A DNA stretch of 64,000 bases. It comes from Cyanophora paradoxa CCMP329 (taxonomy: Eukaryota; Plantae; Glaucophyta). This document shows, one piece after another, positions 59,801 through 64,000 of this stretch. The translations under genes and the position numbers were made by a program. A model generated the notes under the pieces. That model made no database searches and was not told where the DNA came from. It saw nothing but the letters and a program-made list of their open reading frames with translations. Position 1 is the first letter of the stretch; every line of letters starts with the position of its first letter. The DNA lies in the NCBI GenBank assembly GCA_004431415.1, contig QPMI01000106.1, forward strand, positions 62,001 to 126,000, read 5' to 3'.

Positions 59801-61793
59801 GCCGCCCAGCGGCCCGCCCCCGCGCCGGCCCCGCCCGCCGCCGCCCCGCCCCTGCCGCCCCCGCAGCACATCTTCATAGTCTCTTCTATCCCCGGTGAGC
59901 GAGTGAGCGTATCTTTTCTAAATTCAAGTTTTCCTGCTTTAAAATCATTAATTGCTTGAGCTAAATCAAACGTAACAGTACCACCTTTTGGAGAAGGCAT
60001 TAGTCCTCTTGGACCGGACCTAATACACGTCCTAATTTTGCGACTTGTGGCATCTCTTAAATTTACGAGCCGCCCGCTCCCTCACGGCCCGAGCCGCACG
60101 CGCAGTGGCGTTCGTCGACCTGGCGGCGGGCGAGCGCGTGCTCGACCTCGTACCCGGTCGTCAGGAGCTCGAGGTGCGCCAGGGGTACCCGATCCCCGCC
60201 CTCCGTGACGTCAACGCGCTCTCGCTCAACGCGCGTCAGGACGATCTGCATGACCACTGTGCGCCCCCGCCCGCGGGCCGAGCGCACGCCTCTGAGAGCT
60301 CCAGAGACTATGCCGCCGTCCTGCGCCCGGGCCCCGCGCCCGTCTTTCTCGCCCCCTCCGCCGGCTGCGCTCTTCGATCCCGTGCGCTGACTGACTCAAC
60401 TTTTCCGCCCCCGAAATTCCGGAAATTCCGCAGGGAGCTCGCCCTGCCACACGTGCGCACCCCCCTCTGCCCTTCTTTCTTCTCCACCCCTCCCGGTCCC
60501 CGCCGACACGCGCGCAGGGAGGAGCGCGCCCGCTTCGTGCGCCGGGCGGCAGCGCTTGCCATGCGGGCGCGCGGTGATGGAGGGGGCGGGGCGCAGGTGC
60601 ACGCGCTGGCGGCGCTGGGGGCGGCGTGCAGGGCGCGCGTGACGGTGCTCTCCGGTGACGTCCACGTGGGGGCCCTGGGGCTCCTGCGCCCCACCAACGG
60701 GCCCCACGCCGGCACCATCCTCTACCAGCCCGTCTCCTCCGGTCCGGTCCCCGCCCGCCCCTCCCGCCCGCCCCCGCTCCCTCCCCGCCTCACGCCTTCC
60801 CCAGGCATCGTCGCCCCGCCGCCGCCCTCGGGCCTCCGCGCGGGGTACCGCATGCTCCTCGCATGGCACGGCTTCATCCGCGCGTTCAGGCGGCCGGTGC
60901 GGGCGCGGCGCGGGCCGGCGCGCCCGGTCCCTAGCTGAGTCGGCCGGCAGGCGCGGGCGCTGCGGGGCAAGCGGAGCGGGGCGCCGCGGGACGAGACGCA
61001 GCTGCTGGTCCTCCACCACGAGCGGCAGGAGCGCGTGCCGACCCGCAAGCCTTCGCAGTTCGTCTGGGCCCAGGTGTCCCCCCCCCCCCCCCCTTAAGCA
61101 CGCTTCCCTGAAGCTTCCGCCCGGTCCGCTGAGGGCCGTCCCCGCAGAACTTCATGACCCTCTCGCCCTCGCCGGGGGCAGCCATCGGCGGCCCCCCCGC
61201 CTACGTCGCCCGCTGGGTCTCCCGCTGCCGCCGTGCGCGGCCCCCGCGCCCCTCTACCCCCCTCCCCCGCCTCCGCCCCCACACCGCCCGGCAGAGTGCG
61301 TGAAGGCGGACGCGATGCTGGCCCCTGACGCCCGCCTGGTGACGACGCCCCGCGCTGCCGCGGTACCCCCCTTCGGCTGATTGACGTACCCCCGCAGCTC
61401 GTGATCCCGCCCTTCGGGCTCGACCGCCGCGAGCGGGGCATCCACGTACCCCTCCCCAACCGCGGGGGAAGGCCCGTGGCCGCCGCCTCCGCTACCCCTG
61501 CGGCCCATGCCCCCAGGCCGGCCCCCCTGGAGCTTGGACGGCTCGCGGGCGTTCCGCCAGCGATGGGGCCGGGCGCCCCGGATGCGGCTGCGGCGGCGCC
61601 GGCCGCCGCGCAGCAGCAGAAGCCCGGCCTGGGATACTTCCCAGCGGGACTCGTCCGCATGCGGATCGAGCGCGTCACTCTCGTCCCCGCGGCCGTCGCC
61701 ACCGGCGCCCCGGCGGCCGTCCCCTCGGTCCCCGTACGCGTCGCTGGCCGCGGGGCGCCCGTTCTCGCACCCGCGGCCGCGGCCGAGGAGTGA
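56830..61793 (+). CDS. PLAT/LH2 domain fused to a PhoD-like (PhoD_2-type) metallophosphatase
   Basis: PLAT: [47 protein letters not shown]. PhoD: [56 protein letters not shown]. Confidence 0.85.
59909..60053 (-). pseudogene. rpl1: Plastid-derived rpl1 fragment (NUPT) inside an intron
   Basis: AT-rich. The reverse strand reads [12 protein letters not shown](P)[33 protein letters not shown], a cyanobacterial/plastid L1 signature, with a 5-bp GGACC duplication. Confidence 0.9.
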
Positions 61794-62190
61794 ATTCGGA
61801 GTGCGCCCTGGCGGCCCGGCCGCCAGCTGTAAATATCAGCAATTCCGTGATTTAGTTTTGGCGGCGCGCGCGCGACGGCCGCGCGCACGCATATCGCGTT
61901 CGCGCATCAAGTCCGTCTAGACGCGCTTGTTGCGCTAGCGCTAGCTAGTGCTGGCGCTATAGCTGGCTTTCAAAGCTGAGGTCGTTTATCTGGTGCACGC
62001 GTGTCGCCGCGGCGCTGCCAGGCTGCCCCTCGAGCTCGCTTTTGCGCACGGTCGCCGCGGTGCTTACCCCCGCTGGGCACGGTGGCGCACGCTGCTAGCG
62101 CTGCGCTCGCTCCGCCCGGACAGAGCGTCACGGGAACGCACCTGCAGCTGGCCGGCCCGGCGGCGCCATATGCATGCTGGCGCAGCAGAG

Positions 62191-62217
62191 GGGGGCGAGC
62201 TGCGCCAGGGTACGCGT
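62191..62217 (+). promoter_or_regulatory. Candidate promoter element, copy B
   Basis: See 56716-56742. Confidence 0.45.
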
Positions 62218-62275
62218 TCGGCAAGGCAAGCGAGGCAGCCGCGTAGGTCGAACTTGAGCTTCCGGATCGGCAAGG

Positions 62276-64000
<1,725 letters not shown>

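Overview
This is a GC-rich, intron-dense eukaryotic nuclear window, so most listed ORFs are GC artefacts and the real genes are chains of short exons. A plastid-type rpl1 fragment inside an intron points to an alga whose plastid still encodes rpl1; a glaucophyte such as Cyanophora is my inference, not a demonstrated assignment. Recognisable genes: a Wee1/Myt1 kinase (-), two tandem AVT1-like amino-acid transporters plus a third truncated copy, a DUF3537/GRL-like 7TM protein, a long HEAT+RGG+CCCH protein, a Cys-rich protein, a multi-AP2-domain protein, a PLAT-PhoD fusion and P5C dehydrogenase (runs off the window end). Between gene blocks lie islands of MITE-like elements and decayed genes. The main observation comes from aligning the truncated transporter copy with its two intact paralogs. 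It shows a stereotyped mutation in which a trinucleotide X becomes X-revcomp(X)-X, a 6-bp frame-preserving insertion. I count 16 such events in about 1.3 kb of the truncated copy and its flank, and none between the two intact gene bodies. Repeated rounds of this event would explain the dense 6-bp palindrome texture of the intergenic DNA. All alignments and splice models were made by eye.
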